The notes: generated by a model from the letters alone, not told the origin. 64,000 bases of DNA from an uncultured Acidobacteriota bacterium (GCA_963764025.1 CAVXRK010000003.1:304561-368560), one strand, 5' to 3'; counted from the first letter of the stretch, positions 40,734-51,096 are shown. Numbers and translations: made by a program.

Positions 40734-41418
40734 AGGCAAACTCCCGGCGGCTGAAGATGACGGCGGCGGCGGCCAGGAAGACGACGGCCGCGAGCACGCC
40801 GCGCCCGGCGCCCGAAAGCGCCGCGGGCTCGCCGCGGAACACGCGCTCCCAGTCGACGGGTGCCAGGATCTCGCGCCGGCCCGCCTCGGCGACTTTCTGG
40901 AACCAGCCGACGTTGGTCTGGATCGCCAGGAAGAGCTCGAGGCAGGCGACGGCGATGACGTCGCCGTAGCCTGGCAGGAACGTCGAGAAGAAGATCAGCA
41001 TGGCCGCCGTCTGCGCGGCGCGGAGGATGCCGTAGCCCAGGTTCGACACCATCCACGCGAGCTCGAGCGGCGGCCCGGAATCGTGCACGGCGGCCTTCAC
41101 GACGACGGCGAACAGCGCGCAGGCGACGAGGAAGGCGGCGAACGCGAAGAGAATGCCGAGGTAGCGGCCGAACAGGTAGTCGGTGCGCCGGATCGGGCGG
41201 ACGAGGATCATCTGGAGCGCGCCGCTCGAGGCGTCCCGGGAAACGGATGCCGCGCCGAGGACGAAGAGCACCAGGTAAGAGGTGGGCCCGTCGGCGCCCG
41301 CCCGTCCTCCCGACGCGGCGATGGTGAAGGCCGAAGCCACGGCGATGAGGACGAGAACGACGAGCGTTCCGGCGCTGCGCGATTTCTGACGCAGGAACCG
41401 GCGGATCATCTCGGTCAA
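40720..41418 (-). CDS. ABC-2 type permease
   Basis: 'SRDASSGALQMILVRPIRRTDYLFGRYLG'; about 6 TMs; ends 'FSRREF'. Confidence 0.82.
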   Translation of the reverse strand: MTEMIRRFLRQKSRSAGTLVVLVLIAVASAFTIAASGGRAGADGPTSYLVLFVLGAASVSRDASSGALQMILVRPIRRTDYLFGRYLGILFAFAAFLVACALFAVVVKAAVHDSGPPLELAWMVSNLGYGILRAAQTAAMLIFFSTFLPGYGDVIAVACLELFLAIQTNVGWFQKVAEAGRREILAPVDWERVFRGEPAALSGAGRGVLAAVVFLAAAAVIFSRREFAYGQD

Positions 41419-42326
41419 GACGGGGGCGCCTCGCGAAACAGCTCCTCGAGCTCGGCGGAGGATCGGACCTCGAGCACCGCGACATCGGCGAGGGCGAGTG
41501 CCTTGACCGCCCGGGCGATCTCGGCGGCGCCGGCGTCCGGCAGGCGCAGGAGCCCGCCGTCGCCCGACTCGACGGCGAGCCCTTCGCGCCCGAGGATCTC
41601 CGCCGCCCGCGCGCTGTCGACGGCTTCGACGCGGATCGCGGCGCGGCGCCTCGAGGCGGCATCCCCGGTCAGCGTCTCCGAGCGCGTCAGCCGGCCGTGA
41701 TCGATGAAGACCACCCGGTCGCAGACCTTTTCGACCTCGGGGAGCTGGTGCGAGTTGAGTACGATCGTGGCGCCGCGCGCCTTGGCCTCGAGAATCCGCT
41801 CGCGCACCGTGACGACGCCGAGGGGATCGGTGCCCGAGGCGGGCTCGTCGAGAAACAGAATGTCCGGTCGCCCGAGGGTCGCCTGGGCGACCCCAATCCG
41901 CTGGAGCATGCCCCGGGAGTAGGTCCGGAGCTTCTTCGCGAGGGCGGCCGGCTCGAGGCCGACCCGCGCCGCCGCGTCCCGCACCTCGGCAGCGGTCCGG
42001 GCGGAGTCGCCTCCCGACAGCCGCCAGTGGAACTCGAGGAAGTCCGAGCCCGTCAGGTCCCGGTCGAACCCCAGCCGTTCGGGCATGTAGCCGGTCCGGG
42101 CGCGGATCGCGAGGTCGTCGACCGGGCGGCCGTCGATCCGGATGGAGCCGGAATCGGGGCGAAGGAAGCCGAGCAGGCACGACAGGAGCGTCGTCTTCCC
42201 GGCGCCGTTGGGGCCGATCAAACCGACGGTTTCGCCCCGCCGAACCTCCAGGGACACGCCGTCGAGCGCCCGGGTGCGCCGGCCGAATCGGCCGTAGGTC
42301 TTCGAGACGTTCTCGACCGCGATCAC
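41415..42326 (-). CDS. ABC transporter ATP-binding protein
   Basis: 'GPNGAGKTT', 'YSRGMLQR', 'FLDEP'. Confidence 0.93.
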   Translation of the reverse strand: MIAVENVSKTYGRFGRRTRALDGVSLEVRRGETVGLIGPNGAGKTTLLSCLLGFLRPDSGSIRIDGRPVDDLAIRARTGYMPERLGFDRDLTGSDFLEFHWRLSGGDSARTAAEVRDAAARVGLEPAALAKKLRTYSRGMLQRIGVAQATLGRPDILFLDEPASGTDPLGVVTVRERILEAKARGATIVLNSHQLPEVEKVCDRVVFIDHGRLTRSETLTGDAASRRRAAIRVEAVDSARAAEILGREGLAVESGDGGLLRLPDAGAAEIARAVKALALADVAVLEVRSSAELEELFREAPPS

Positions 42327-42409
42327 GCCGCGAATGATACGCGAGCCGGTTTTTCGGGAATATGCATTATCCTTCCGCGATTTCTTAACGCGGTTTCTCC
42401 GAAGCTCGC

Positions 42410-43408
42410 ATGATCGAAGTTCAAAACCTGTCGAAGCGATATCCGACCCGGCTCGCCGTGGACGACGTCACGTTCTCCGTGCGGGAGGGCGAGATCGTCG
42501 GCTTCCTGGGCCCCAACGGCGCCGGGAAGACCACGACGATGCGTGTCCTGACGGGCTTTCTCCCGCCGACGTCCGGGACGGCGCGGGTCTCCGGGTTCGA
42601 CATCGTGACGCAGTCCAACGCCGCGCGCGCCTCGCTCGGATACCTGCCCGAGTCCGCCGCCGCGTACACCGAGATGCGGGTGAACGAGTACCTGGCGTTC
42701 CGGGCGCGCCTGGAAGGCGTCCCGAGGGCCGAGGTGAAGGCCCGGGTCGCGGAGGCGCTCGACCAGTGCCTGCTGGGCGAGGTCGCGGGGCGCCGGATCG
42801 AGAACCTCTCGAAGGGGTTCCGGCAGCGGACCGCGCTCGCGGGAGCGCTCGTCCACCGGCCGCGCGTTCTGATCCTCGACGAGCCGACGATCGGGCTCGA
42901 CCCGGTCCAGATCATCAAGATCCGGGAGACGATCCGCCAGCTCGGCAAGGACCGGTCGGTGCTGCTCTCGACGCACATTCTGCCGGAGGTCGAGGCGGTC
43001 TGCGACCGCGTGCTCATCATCGACCGCGGCCGCATCGTCGCGGAAGGAACGCCCTCCGAGCTCCGCAGCAAGCTCGCGGGCACGCCCGTGGTGCGGGCGG
43101 TCTTCCGGGGCGCCGTCGACGCGCGCGAGGCGCTCGGCGGTCTGAACGGAGTTTCGGAAGTCGATCTCGAATCGGCCCCCGGGGAGACGCGGGCGCGGCT
43201 GACCTGCCTCCAGGGCTCGGACCCGCGTGAGGACGTCTTCCGTCTCGCGGTCGACAAGGGCTGGGTGCTGCGCGAGCTCGCGCGCGAGGCCATGTCCCTC
43301 GAGGACGTTTTCGTGCGGCTGACACGTCGCGACGCGGCGGCTCCGGAGGGCGGCGCGCCCGCGCCCGAGGCGGCGCCGGCCGCGGAAGGGGAGAAGGCGC
43401 CGTCGTGA
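42410..43408 (+). CDS. ABC transporter ATP-binding protein (GldA-like)
   Basis: 'GPNGAGKTTTMR', 'LSKGFRQR', 'ILDEPT', 'STHILPEV'. Confidence 0.93.
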   Translation: MIEVQNLSKRYPTRLAVDDVTFSVREGEIVGFLGPNGAGKTTTMRVLTGFLPPTSGTARVSGFDIVTQSNAARASLGYLPESAAAYTEMRVNEYLAFRARLEGVPRAEVKARVAEALDQCLLGEVAGRRIENLSKGFRQRTALAGALVHRPRVLILDEPTIGLDPVQIIKIRETIRQLGKDRSVLLSTHILPEVEAVCDRVLIIDRGRIVAEGTPSELRSKLAGTPVVRAVFRGAVDAREALGGLNGVSEVDLESAPGETRARLTCLQGSDPREDVFRLAVDKGWVLRELAREAMSLEDVFVRLTRRDAAAPEGGAPAPEAAPAAEGEKAPS

Positions 43409-44145
43409 GGAAGCTCTTTGCCATCGTCGGCCGGGAGTGGCGGGCGTACTTCCTGTCGCCTCTCGCCTACGTCGTGCTCGCGGCGTTTCTCCTGATGAAC
43501 GGCTTCATCTTCGCCGTCATCGTGAACTTCCTCAACTCGCCCCAGGCCCCCAAGGGCCAGGCCCTGATCCTCCTCTTCTCGAACACGTACTTCTGGATCT
43601 TCAACCTCTTCGTCGTGCCGATCATCGCGATGCGGCTGTTCGCGGAGGAGCGCAAGTCCGGCACGCTCGAGATGCTCCTGACGTCCCCGGTGTCGGAGGG
43701 GACGGTCGTGCTCGGCAAGTTCCTCGGCGCGCTCGGCTTCTTCCTGACGCTCTGGCTGCCGACGCTCGCGTACGTGGCGATCCTGCGCTGGCAGACGCCG
43801 ATCGACCTGGGCCCGGTCGGCGCGGCCTACTTCGCGGTCGCCCTGATGGGCGCGTACTTCCTGTCGGTCGGCATCTTCGCGTCGACCCTCACCAAGAACC
43901 AGATCGTCGCGGCCATCTTCGCCTTCGCCATGCTGATCGTGATCTTTTCGGGAGGCCTGCTCCAGTCCGCCGTCAACGATCCCGAGAAGCGGGAGTTCTT
44001 CGCCTATTTCAACGTCTGGGAGCACATGGAGGACTTCGCCCGCGGCGTCGTCGACACCCGGCGCGTCGTGTACTACGTCTCGGCCACGATCTTCTTCCTC
44101 TTCCTGACGACCGTGTCGGTTTCGGCCAAGAAGGAGACGCCGTGA
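43405..44145 (+). CDS. ABC-2 permease (GldF-like)
   Basis: 'YFLSPLAYV', 'MRLFAEERKSGTLEMLLTSP', 'KNQIVA'. Confidence 0.9.
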   Translation: MRKLFAIVGREWRAYFLSPLAYVVLAAFLLMNGFIFAVIVNFLNSPQAPKGQALILLFSNTYFWIFNLFVVPIIAMRLFAEERKSGTLEMLLTSPVSEGTVVLGKFLGALGFFLTLWLPTLAYVAILRWQTPIDLGPVGAAYFAVALMGAYFLSVGIFASTLTKNQIVAAIFAFAMLIVIFSGGLLQSAVNDPEKREFFAYFNVWEHMEDFARGVVDTRRVVYYVSATIFFLFLTTVSVSAKKETP

Positions 44146-45608
44146 AGGCCCGGGCCGTCCGCGCGGGCACCTCCGCGGTCGCCGTCGTCCTCGGGGTGGC
44201 GCTGCTCGTCGGGATCAACTACCTCTCGGCCCGCCACTGGGTGCGCGGCGACTGGACCTCGACCCGCATCTACTCGATCTCGGAGCAGACCCGGAAGATC
44301 CTGGCCGGACTGAAGAGCCCGGTGCGCGTCACCGTCTTCATGACCTCCGGCGCGAGGCTGTACCAGCCGGTGCGCGAGCTCCTGTCGCGCTACCAGGCGA
44401 TTTCGCCCAAGATCGAGGTCGAGTACCTCGACCCGACGCGCAACGTGGCGCGCGCCGAGGCGCTGCTCAAGGAGTTCGGCGTTCGCCAGAACACGGTGGT
44501 CTTCCGCTCGGGAGACCGCAAGAAGTACGTCGAGGAGGACAAGCTCGCCGACTTCGACTTCGCTGCCGCGCAGATGGGCGGGACGCCCGCGATCAAAGCC
44601 TTCAAGGGCGAGGAGGCGTTCACCTCCGCGATCCTCGCGGTGTCCGAGCAGAAACAGCCCAGGATCGTCTTCACCCAGGGCCACAACGAGGCCTCGCTCG
44701 ACTCGAGCGAGCGGGGGCGCGGCTACTCCGAGGCCAAGCAGCTGCTCGAGCGCGACAACATGACCGTCGCGACCTGGGCCTCGCTCGGCAAGGACGACCT
44801 TCCGGCAGGCACCGAAGTCGTCGTCGTGGCCGGGCCGAGGACCTCGTTCCTGGCGCCGGAGTCGGGCGCCCTCCAGAAATACCTCGCGGCGGGCGGCCAT
44901 GCCCTGGTCCTGCTCGACCCCGTCCTGCCCGGGCCGGGCTCGCCGCCCCCGGACCTCGGCTTCGCGGAGCTTCTCGGCCAGTACGGCCTCCGGCTCGGCA
45001 ACGACATCGTGGTCGATCCGGCCAACGCCCTGCCGATGGTCGGCGCCGAGACGGTCCTCGCCAACAAGTACGGGACTCACCCGATCGTGCGGCCCCTCTC
45101 CGCCGAGAGCCTTCCGGTCGTCTTCCCGCTCGCGCGGTCGGTGACGAAGGCCGAGAAGCCGCCGGAGGGCGTCGCCGAGACGATGCTCGTCGAGACCTCG
45201 GCGGAGGGCTGGGGCGAGACGAACCTCAAGGCCCTGGCCGAAGGCAACGGAGCGATCCAGAAGGAGTCCGGGGACACGCCCGGGCCCGTGTCGATCGCGG
45301 TCGCGGTCGGCCCGGCGGACGAGAACAAGACCGGCGGGAAGGCCGCGCGCCTGGTCGTCATCGGGAACTCGCGCTTCGCGGCCGACGGCGCGATCGCCAA
45401 CGGCGGCAACGGGGTCCTGCTCGCTAACGCCATCCACTGGCTGACCGGGAGCGAGAAGCAGATCGGTATCGCGCCGAAGACGATCGAGCAGGCGTCGCTG
45501 TCGTTGACCGACTCCCAGGTGCGCCGGATCGGCATCTTCGCGATCGCCGGACTGCCGGGCCTCGCCATCCTCCTCGGACTCTGGGTCTGGTACCGGCGCA
45601 GGGACTGA
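44142..45608 (+). CDS. GldG-family ABC auxiliary component
   Basis: 'DWTSTRIYSISEQT', 'FTQGHNE', C-terminal TM then 'WYRRR'. Confidence 0.88.
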   Translation: MKARAVRAGTSAVAVVLGVALLVGINYLSARHWVRGDWTSTRIYSISEQTRKILAGLKSPVRVTVFMTSGARLYQPVRELLSRYQAISPKIEVEYLDPTRNVARAEALLKEFGVRQNTVVFRSGDRKKYVEEDKLADFDFAAAQMGGTPAIKAFKGEEAFTSAILAVSEQKQPRIVFTQGHNEASLDSSERGRGYSEAKQLLERDNMTVATWASLGKDDLPAGTEVVVVAGPRTSFLAPESGALQKYLAAGGHALVLLDPVLPGPGSPPPDLGFAELLGQYGLRLGNDIVVDPANALPMVGAETVLANKYGTHPIVRPLSAESLPVVFPLARSVTKAEKPPEGVAETMLVETSAEGWGETNLKALAEGNGAIQKESGDTPGPVSIAVAVGPADENKTGGKAARLVVIGNSRFAADGAIANGGNGVLLANAIHWLTGSEKQIGIAPKTIEQASLSLTDSQVRRIGIFAIAGLPGLAILLGLWVWYRRRD

Positions 45609-45615
45609 TCCGACC

Positions 45616-46965
45616 GTGTCCGCGCGCAAGCTCCTCGCCCTCACGGCCGTCGTGGCGGCGCTCTTCGCGTTCATTCTTCTTTTCGAGCGCAAGATGCCCT
45701 CCACGGCCGAGCGCCAGCGCAAGGGCAACCTCTACTGGGACCTTCCCGAGGACCGGTTGACGGGCCTCACGCTAACGCGCGGTGCGGAGACCGTCGAGCT
45801 CGCGCGGGCCGACGGCGCGGCTCCGTGGCGGCTGGTCAAGCCCGACGCATATCCCGCGGACCCCTTCGCGGTGAACAGCGCCGCCAGCGAGCTGACGGAA
45901 CTGAAGCAAGCCTCGGTCGACTCGGCCGAGGCGCGGCCCCAGGACTACGGCCTCGATCACCCGGTCGCGACGGCGAAACTCACCTGGACCGACGCCGACG
46001 AGCCGTCGGCCGTCAAGACCCGGACGATCGAGTTCGGCGTCGACATTCCGGGCACCGACATCACCGCCGCGCGCGTGGCGGGGCAGTCGACGGTGCTCTT
46101 CGTGCCCTCGTCCGCGCTCGCCGCCGTCAAGAAGCCGGTCGACGACTTCCGCAGCCGCGACGTTTTCGGCGGCCGCTCCGCCGACGTCAGCCGCATCGAA
46201 ATCTTCCGGGGCCGGGGCCGCCTGGTCCTTTTTCGGCGGGAGGGGGCCTGGTGGCTCTCCGAGCCCGTCGCCGACCTCGCCGACGCGGGGGAGGCCGACC
46301 GGCTCGCCGGTCAGTTGACGGGCCTCCGGACGGTCGAGTTTCTCCCCGGCGGGCAGGACCTCGCCGCCCTCTCGCTCCAGCCGCCCCTCTATCGCGTCAG
46401 CCTGACGGGGGAGAAGGGCGCCGTGACTTCGGTCGACTTCGGGGCGACACGCTCGAACGGCAACTCGGTCTACGCCCGGCGGGACGGCCGCGTCCTCACG
46501 GTGGACCAGGAGATCGTGGCCGAGCTTTCCAAGGAGGCCGAGCCGTTCCGTAGCACGAGCCTCGTCGCGTTCAACCGGGGAGACGTGACGGCGGTCGAGG
46601 CGGACTTCCAGACCGACAAGCACACCCTGACCCGCGACGCGACCGGCTGGACGGCGGGGGGCAAGCCCGTCCTCGCGTCGGCCGTGGACGACGTCCTGGC
46701 CGCGATCGCGGCGCTGAAGAGCAAGGGGTTCGTCGACGACGCCGCGGTCAAGGCGCTGCCGCCGCCGGCCGCGACCGTGATCGTCCGGACGAAGACGGGA
46801 CCGCCGTGGACGATCGCCCTGCGGCCCCGCGCCGGCGAGCTCGTCGCGACCGTGTCCTCGCGCCCCGGAGGGTTCGTGGTCGAGGGGGACGTTTCGGGCA
46901 AGCTCGGCGCGGCCTTCGCGCGGGCCGTGACCCCGCCGACGCCGGCGCCGACCAAGAAGCCCTAG
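45616..46965 (+). CDS. DUF4340-domain protein
   Basis: N-terminal anchor, repeated 'W.L..P...AD' and 'YGLDHP'; typical position after GldG. Confidence 0.8.
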   Translation: MSARKLLALTAVVAALFAFILLFERKMPSTAERQRKGNLYWDLPEDRLTGLTLTRGAETVELARADGAAPWRLVKPDAYPADPFAVNSAASELTELKQASVDSAEARPQDYGLDHPVATAKLTWTDADEPSAVKTRTIEFGVDIPGTDITAARVAGQSTVLFVPSSALAAVKKPVDDFRSRDVFGGRSADVSRIEIFRGRGRLVLFRREGAWWLSEPVADLADAGEADRLAGQLTGLRTVEFLPGGQDLAALSLQPPLYRVSLTGEKGAVTSVDFGATRSNGNSVYARRDGRVLTVDQEIVAELSKEAEPFRSTSLVAFNRGDVTAVEADFQTDKHTLTRDATGWTAGGKPVLASAVDDVLAAIAALKSKGFVDDAAVKALPPPAATVIVRTKTGPPWTIALRPRAGELVATVSSRPGGFVVEGDVSGKLGAAFARAVTPPTPAPTKKP

Positions 46966-46971
46966 ACCCGC

Positions 46972-48408
46972 CTACCGCTTGCCGGTCAGGTGGGGCGCCT
47001 TCTTGGTCGCTTCGGCCTCGAGCTCGGCGATGCGCCTCTGGCGCTTGGCTTCCTTTTCGTCGAGAGCCTTGGTCTTCTTCTCCTTGGCCTTCGAGAAGGA
47101 CGTCGAGAGGGAGAAGAGCAGGCCATGGCCCTTGGGCGGCTTTGCGCGCCGCGCCGTCGCTCCCCAGAACTTGGTCTTCTTGAAGATCGCCTCGGAGAAG
47201 TCGGAGTTGGCGAGGTCGGCGCCCTTCAGGTCGGCGTCGGTGAAGTTGGCGCCGATTGCCCGGGCAAACCGGAAGTCCGCGTCCTGCAGGCTCGCGCCGG
47301 TGAAGTTCGCGCCGATGAGGAGGGCGCCGGACATGTCGGCGTCGAATCCCTTGGCCTGGCTGAAGTCGGCCCGCTTCAGGTTGGCCTGGCGAAAGCTGCC
47401 GAGGGAGAGGTCCGCTCGCGAGAAGTTGACGCCCTCGGCCTGGACCTCGCCCAGGTCGGCGCCCGAAAACGACGCGCCGACGAAGGAGTAGGGCTTGAGG
47501 TTGGCCCGCCGGAAGACGGCCTTCGAGAGGTCGGCGTTCTGGAAGCTCGCCTTCTCGAATCGCGCCGAGCGCATGTCGACCTCGGTGAGCTTCGCCTCCG
47601 AGAAACTGACGTCGGCGCCGCCGGCGTCGAGAAAGATGGCGCGCCGCAGGTCGGCCTTGCGGACCTTGGCCCGGTCGAAGCCGGCCGCCGTGAAGTTCGC
47701 TTCGACCGCCGAGACCAGCTCCAGGTCGGCGTCGGTGAACTCGGCGCCCTCGCAGTCGGCGGCGTTCAGGGCGGCCTGCCGGAGGATAGCGCCCGCGAAA
47801 TTGGCCTTGCGCAGGTCCGCACCGGTCAGGTCGGCCGTCTTCAGGTTCGCGCCGGTGAAGTTCGCGCTGGGAAAGGATCCGCGCACGGCCGAGACGCCCT
47901 CGAAGACCGCACGGGAGAGGTCGGCGCCGTCGAAGTGCGCGCCGGAGACCTCCACGCCGCGGAAGTTCACGTCGCGCAGGATCGCCCCGGCGAGGTTGGC
48001 GTTGGAGAGGTCGGCGCCCTCGAGGCGGGTGAACGAGAGGTCCGCTCCGGCGAGGTCCGCTCCGACGAGCGCGACGCTCTGGAGCGAGGCCGAGCGAAAC
48101 CGGGCCCCCGCGAGGAACACCCCGGAGAAGTCGAGGAAGTCGAGCGCGCAGTGCTCGAGGATGGCCCCGGCGGCCTGGGCCCCGGCGAATCTCACGTTGC
48201 GCAGCGTCGCGCGCGTCAGGTCCGTTCCGGCCAGATTGGCTTTCGACAGGTCCGCGCGCGTCAGGTCGGCGCGCTTGAGGTTCTTGCCCGACAGGTCCCG
48301 GCCCGCGAGCTCGGCACCGGTCAGATCGGGCGTGACGTTGGGGTTCTTGGTGCGCCAGTCGTTCCACTCCGGCGACAGGAGGAGCCGCTGATGCTCGGGG
48401 TTGGCCAT
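46972..48408 (-). CDS. Long pentapeptide-repeat protein
   Basis: 'WNDWR...PDLTGAEL' then about 390 aa of A(D/N)(L/F)xx repeats; charged C-terminal tail. Confidence 0.93.
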   Translation of the reverse strand: MANPEHQRLLLSPEWNDWRTKNPNVTPDLTGAELAGRDLSGKNLKRADLTRADLSKANLAGTDLTRATLRNVRFAGAQAAGAILEHCALDFLDFSGVFLAGARFRSASLQSVALVGADLAGADLSFTRLEGADLSNANLAGAILRDVNFRGVEVSGAHFDGADLSRAVFEGVSAVRGSFPSANFTGANLKTADLTGADLRKANFAGAILRQAALNAADCEGAEFTDADLELVSAVEANFTAAGFDRAKVRKADLRRAIFLDAGGADVSFSEAKLTEVDMRSARFEKASFQNADLSKAVFRRANLKPYSFVGASFSGADLGEVQAEGVNFSRADLSLGSFRQANLKRADFSQAKGFDADMSGALLIGANFTGASLQDADFRFARAIGANFTDADLKGADLANSDFSEAIFKKTKFWGATARRAKPPKGHGLLFSLSTSFSKAKEKKTKALDEKEAKRQRRIAELEAEATKKAPHLTGKR

Positions 48409-48459
48409 GCGCGGCCATTGTAACCGGCCCGCCGCCCAAGGCGCGTTACAATCCCGGCG

Positions 48460-49965
48460 ATGAGCACCACCGCGACTTCGCCTCTGATCGCTGCGCCTTC
48501 GAAGGCGATGGAGCGGATCCGGAAGGCTCTACTCGGAGGCCATCCGCTCCTCTACGTGCTGTCGTGGGAGGAGTCGCGCGTCGAGCGTCTCGCGCAGCAC
48601 CTCGCCAAGACGTTCTACGGCGCGCCGTGCCCGTACGGCGTCTGGTCGATCGTCGAAGGCCTCGTCGTGGACGGCGCGCCCGTTCCCGGGACGCGGGACC
48701 CGGTGAAGGCGCTCGAGGCCATCCTGATCGCGAGCGGAAAGGGCTTCTATCTCCTCAAGGACTTTCCGACGGGAGGCGAGGGGCACCCGGACGTCGTCCG
48801 CCGCATTCGCGACCTCTACCGGGCGCTCAAGGACCGCGGCCGCCACGTGCTCTTCGTGTCGCCCCGCCTGGCCATCCCCGAAGAGGCCAAGAAAGAGATG
48901 TATGTCGTCGAGTACGAGCTGCCCGACGACAACGAGATCGGAAAGCTCCTCGAGGGCCACCTGCGCCGCCGGCTCGGCGTCGACATCGACGAGGCTTCGA
49001 TGCGGCGGCTGGGCCTCGCCATGCGCGGCCTGACGGCCGACGAGATCGGGCACCTCGTCTCGAAGACCTTCGCCTCGCGCAAGACGTTCGACGAGGCGGC
49101 GTACTTCGAGGTCCTGGCGGAAAAGGAGCAGATGTCGCGCAAGGAGGGCGTGCTGGAGTTCGTGCCGCCGCGCTTCTCGCTCGACGACGTCGGCGGCTAC
49201 AACGTCCTCAAGACCTGGCTGTTGAAGCGGCAGGCGCTCTTCTCCCGCGACGCCCTCGACGCCGGGATTCCGATTCCCAAGGGGATCCTCCTGATGGGGA
49301 TCTCGGGTTGTGGAAAGAGCCTCTGCGTCAAGACCATCTCGACTCTCTGGAACCTGCCCCTCTTCCGGCTCGACATGAACGCCGTCTTCGGCACGGACAA
49401 TCCGGAGATGACCTTCCTGCGGGCACTCCGCGCGGTCGAGGCCGTCTCGCCGGCGGTGCTCTGGATCGACGAGATCGAGATGGGCGTCGGCGGCTACCGC
49501 GAGGGCCAGGACGCCTCGATGTCGCGCATCTTCTCGGGATTCCTGACCTGGATGCAGGAGAAGGCCGCCCTCGTGTTCGTGGCTGCGACCGCGAACCGGA
49601 TCCACCTGCTCCCCGCCGAGATCATCCGGAAAGGGCGCTTCGACCAGGTCTTCTTCGTCGACCTGCCGAACGAGGAGGAGCGCAAGCAGATCTTCGCGAT
49701 TCACCTGAAGAAGGCCAAGTGCGACGTGGGCCGCTTCGACCTCGTGTTCCTCGCCAAGGCGACCAACGGGTGGAACGGTGCCGAGATCGAGCAGGCCGTC
49801 GTCTCGGGGGTCGTCGACGCCTATGCCGAGAACCGGACGCTCAACGAAGACGACATGTACAAGATGATCTCGGCCACCGTTCCCCTGGCGGTGACCATGG
49901 AAGAGCAGATCAAGCAGATCCGCAGCTGGGCACACGAGCGCGCGCTGAACGCGTCGCAGGCCTAG
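48460..49965 (+). CDS. AAA+ ATPase (Ycf46-like)
   Basis: 'PKGILLMGISGCGKSL', 'VLWIDEIE', 'ATAN', 'RKGRFDQVFFVDLP', 'IRSWA'. Confidence 0.88.
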   Translation: MSTTATSPLIAAPSKAMERIRKALLGGHPLLYVLSWEESRVERLAQHLAKTFYGAPCPYGVWSIVEGLVVDGAPVPGTRDPVKALEAILIASGKGFYLLKDFPTGGEGHPDVVRRIRDLYRALKDRGRHVLFVSPRLAIPEEAKKEMYVVEYELPDDNEIGKLLEGHLRRRLGVDIDEASMRRLGLAMRGLTADEIGHLVSKTFASRKTFDEAAYFEVLAEKEQMSRKEGVLEFVPPRFSLDDVGGYNVLKTWLLKRQALFSRDALDAGIPIPKGILLMGISGCGKSLCVKTISTLWNLPLFRLDMNAVFGTDNPEMTFLRALRAVEAVSPAVLWIDEIEMGVGGYREGQDASMSRIFSGFLTWMQEKAALVFVAATANRIHLLPAEIIRKGRFDQVFFVDLPNEEERKQIFAIHLKKAKCDVGRFDLVFLAKATNGWNGAEIEQAVVSGVVDAYAENRTLNEDDMYKMISATVPLAVTMEEQIKQIRSWAHERALNASQA

Positions 49966-50606
49966 TTGCGCCGCGGGTCGAGCTCGCTCGGCCGAAACGG
50001 CGCCAGAAATCGCAGCCGGCCCTGCCACTCGAGCATGCGGCCGGCGAGGGCCTCGAAGCGCGAGGCCACCGAGTCGATCTCGAGAAGGGCCTGGAGCTCG
50101 GCCGGCGCGTAGCGCAGGCGCAGGGCGATCTCGGAGGCGAGGCGTTCGGCCGGCAGGGACTCCTCCGGGAGCGGCGGAAGCTCGAGCTCCCGCGCGACGA
50201 GGCCGAAAAGCGCGGCGGCGGCGCCCGTGACCCGCCCCTCCTCGGCCCGATCCGCGAACGGAACCGAGCGGACCTCCTCCACGCGGGCGACGCGATAGGG
50301 GCCGGAGGACGTTTCCTCCAGGACGCGATACCGAAATCGCCCCTCGAGCAGGATGTTGCAACGCCCGTCCTCGAGCTCTTCGGACTCGACGATCTCCCCG
50401 GCCCCTCCGACCGGATAAATCCGGGGATCCTGGCCCTCCGCGGCCGCCTCCCACCCCGGGTAGAGCATCGCCATGCCGATCGTGCGGTCGCCTTCGAGCG
50501 CGTCGGCCACCATCGTTCGGTACCGCGGCTCGAAGATGTGGAGCGGGAGCATCGTCCCGGGCAGGAGCACGACGCCGGGCAGCGGAAAGAGCGGGATCCG
50601 CCTCAC
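49962..50606 (-). CDS. LON peptidase substrate-binding-domain protein
   Basis: 'IPLFPLPGVVLLPGTMLPLHIFEPRYRTMV'. Confidence 0.9.
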   Translation of the reverse strand: MRRIPLFPLPGVVLLPGTMLPLHIFEPRYRTMVADALEGDRTIGMAMLYPGWEAAAEGQDPRIYPVGGAGEIVESEELEDGRCNILLEGRFRYRVLEETSSGPYRVARVEEVRSVPFADRAEEGRVTGAAAALFGLVARELELPPLPEESLPAERLASEIALRLRYAPAELQALLEIDSVASRFEALAGRMLEWQGRLRFLAPFRPSELDPRRN

Positions 50607-51001
50607 GGCCCTCCCGGCGCCGCGGGTCGGGACGCCGGCGCGTCCGGCGCGGACTTCGAGAGCGCAAGGACGTAGGACACGGTCTGCCGGATCTCCTCGT
50701 CGGTCAGTTTACCCTCGAACTTCGGCATGGGATCGTGGCCCTGGCGGATCTGCCGCTCGATCGCCGCCGCCGAACCGTCGCCTCGCCAGCGTCCGTCGAG
50801 GAGGTTGGCGTAGGGAAAGTGGCCGGCCACGATGGTTCGGCCGTCGCCGTTCTTGTTGTGGCAGGAGGCGCACTTGCGCTCGTAGATGCGGCGGCCGGCC
50901 GCCTCGTCGCGATCCGAGCGCGCTCCGTCGGGAAGCGGCCTCTCGTTGCACGCCACCGCGAGGCCGCCGAGCACCAGCGCGAAGAGCCCCCGGGAACGCA
51001 C
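50603..51001 (-). CDS. Monoheme cytochrome c (probable lipoprotein)
   Basis: Lipobox-like 'LAVAC', CASCH heme motif, 'MPKF' axial Met. Confidence 0.88.
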   Translation of the reverse strand: MRSRGLFALVLGGLAVACNERPLPDGARSDRDEAAGRRIYERKCASCHNKNGDGRTIVAGHFPYANLLDGRWRGDGSAAAIERQIRQGHDPMPKFEGKLTDEEIRQTVSYVLALSKSAPDAPASRPAAPGGP

Positions 51002-51096
51002 GCGCGGCAGTCTAGCGCAGCGGTTCCGGCCGTTCGCGCTCTTGACCGAACGTTCATTTGGCCCCCGCCGGGCGCCGTGCTAAGGTTCCCGCCCTC

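Noticed and set aside
42410-46965. Gliding-motility system
   Set aside because: GldA/F/G-like ABC sets are widespread in non-gliders; no gldJ-N or spr genes are present.
46979-48423. Repetitive plus-strand ORFs
   Set aside because: Antisense reflections of the pentapeptide-repeat gene.
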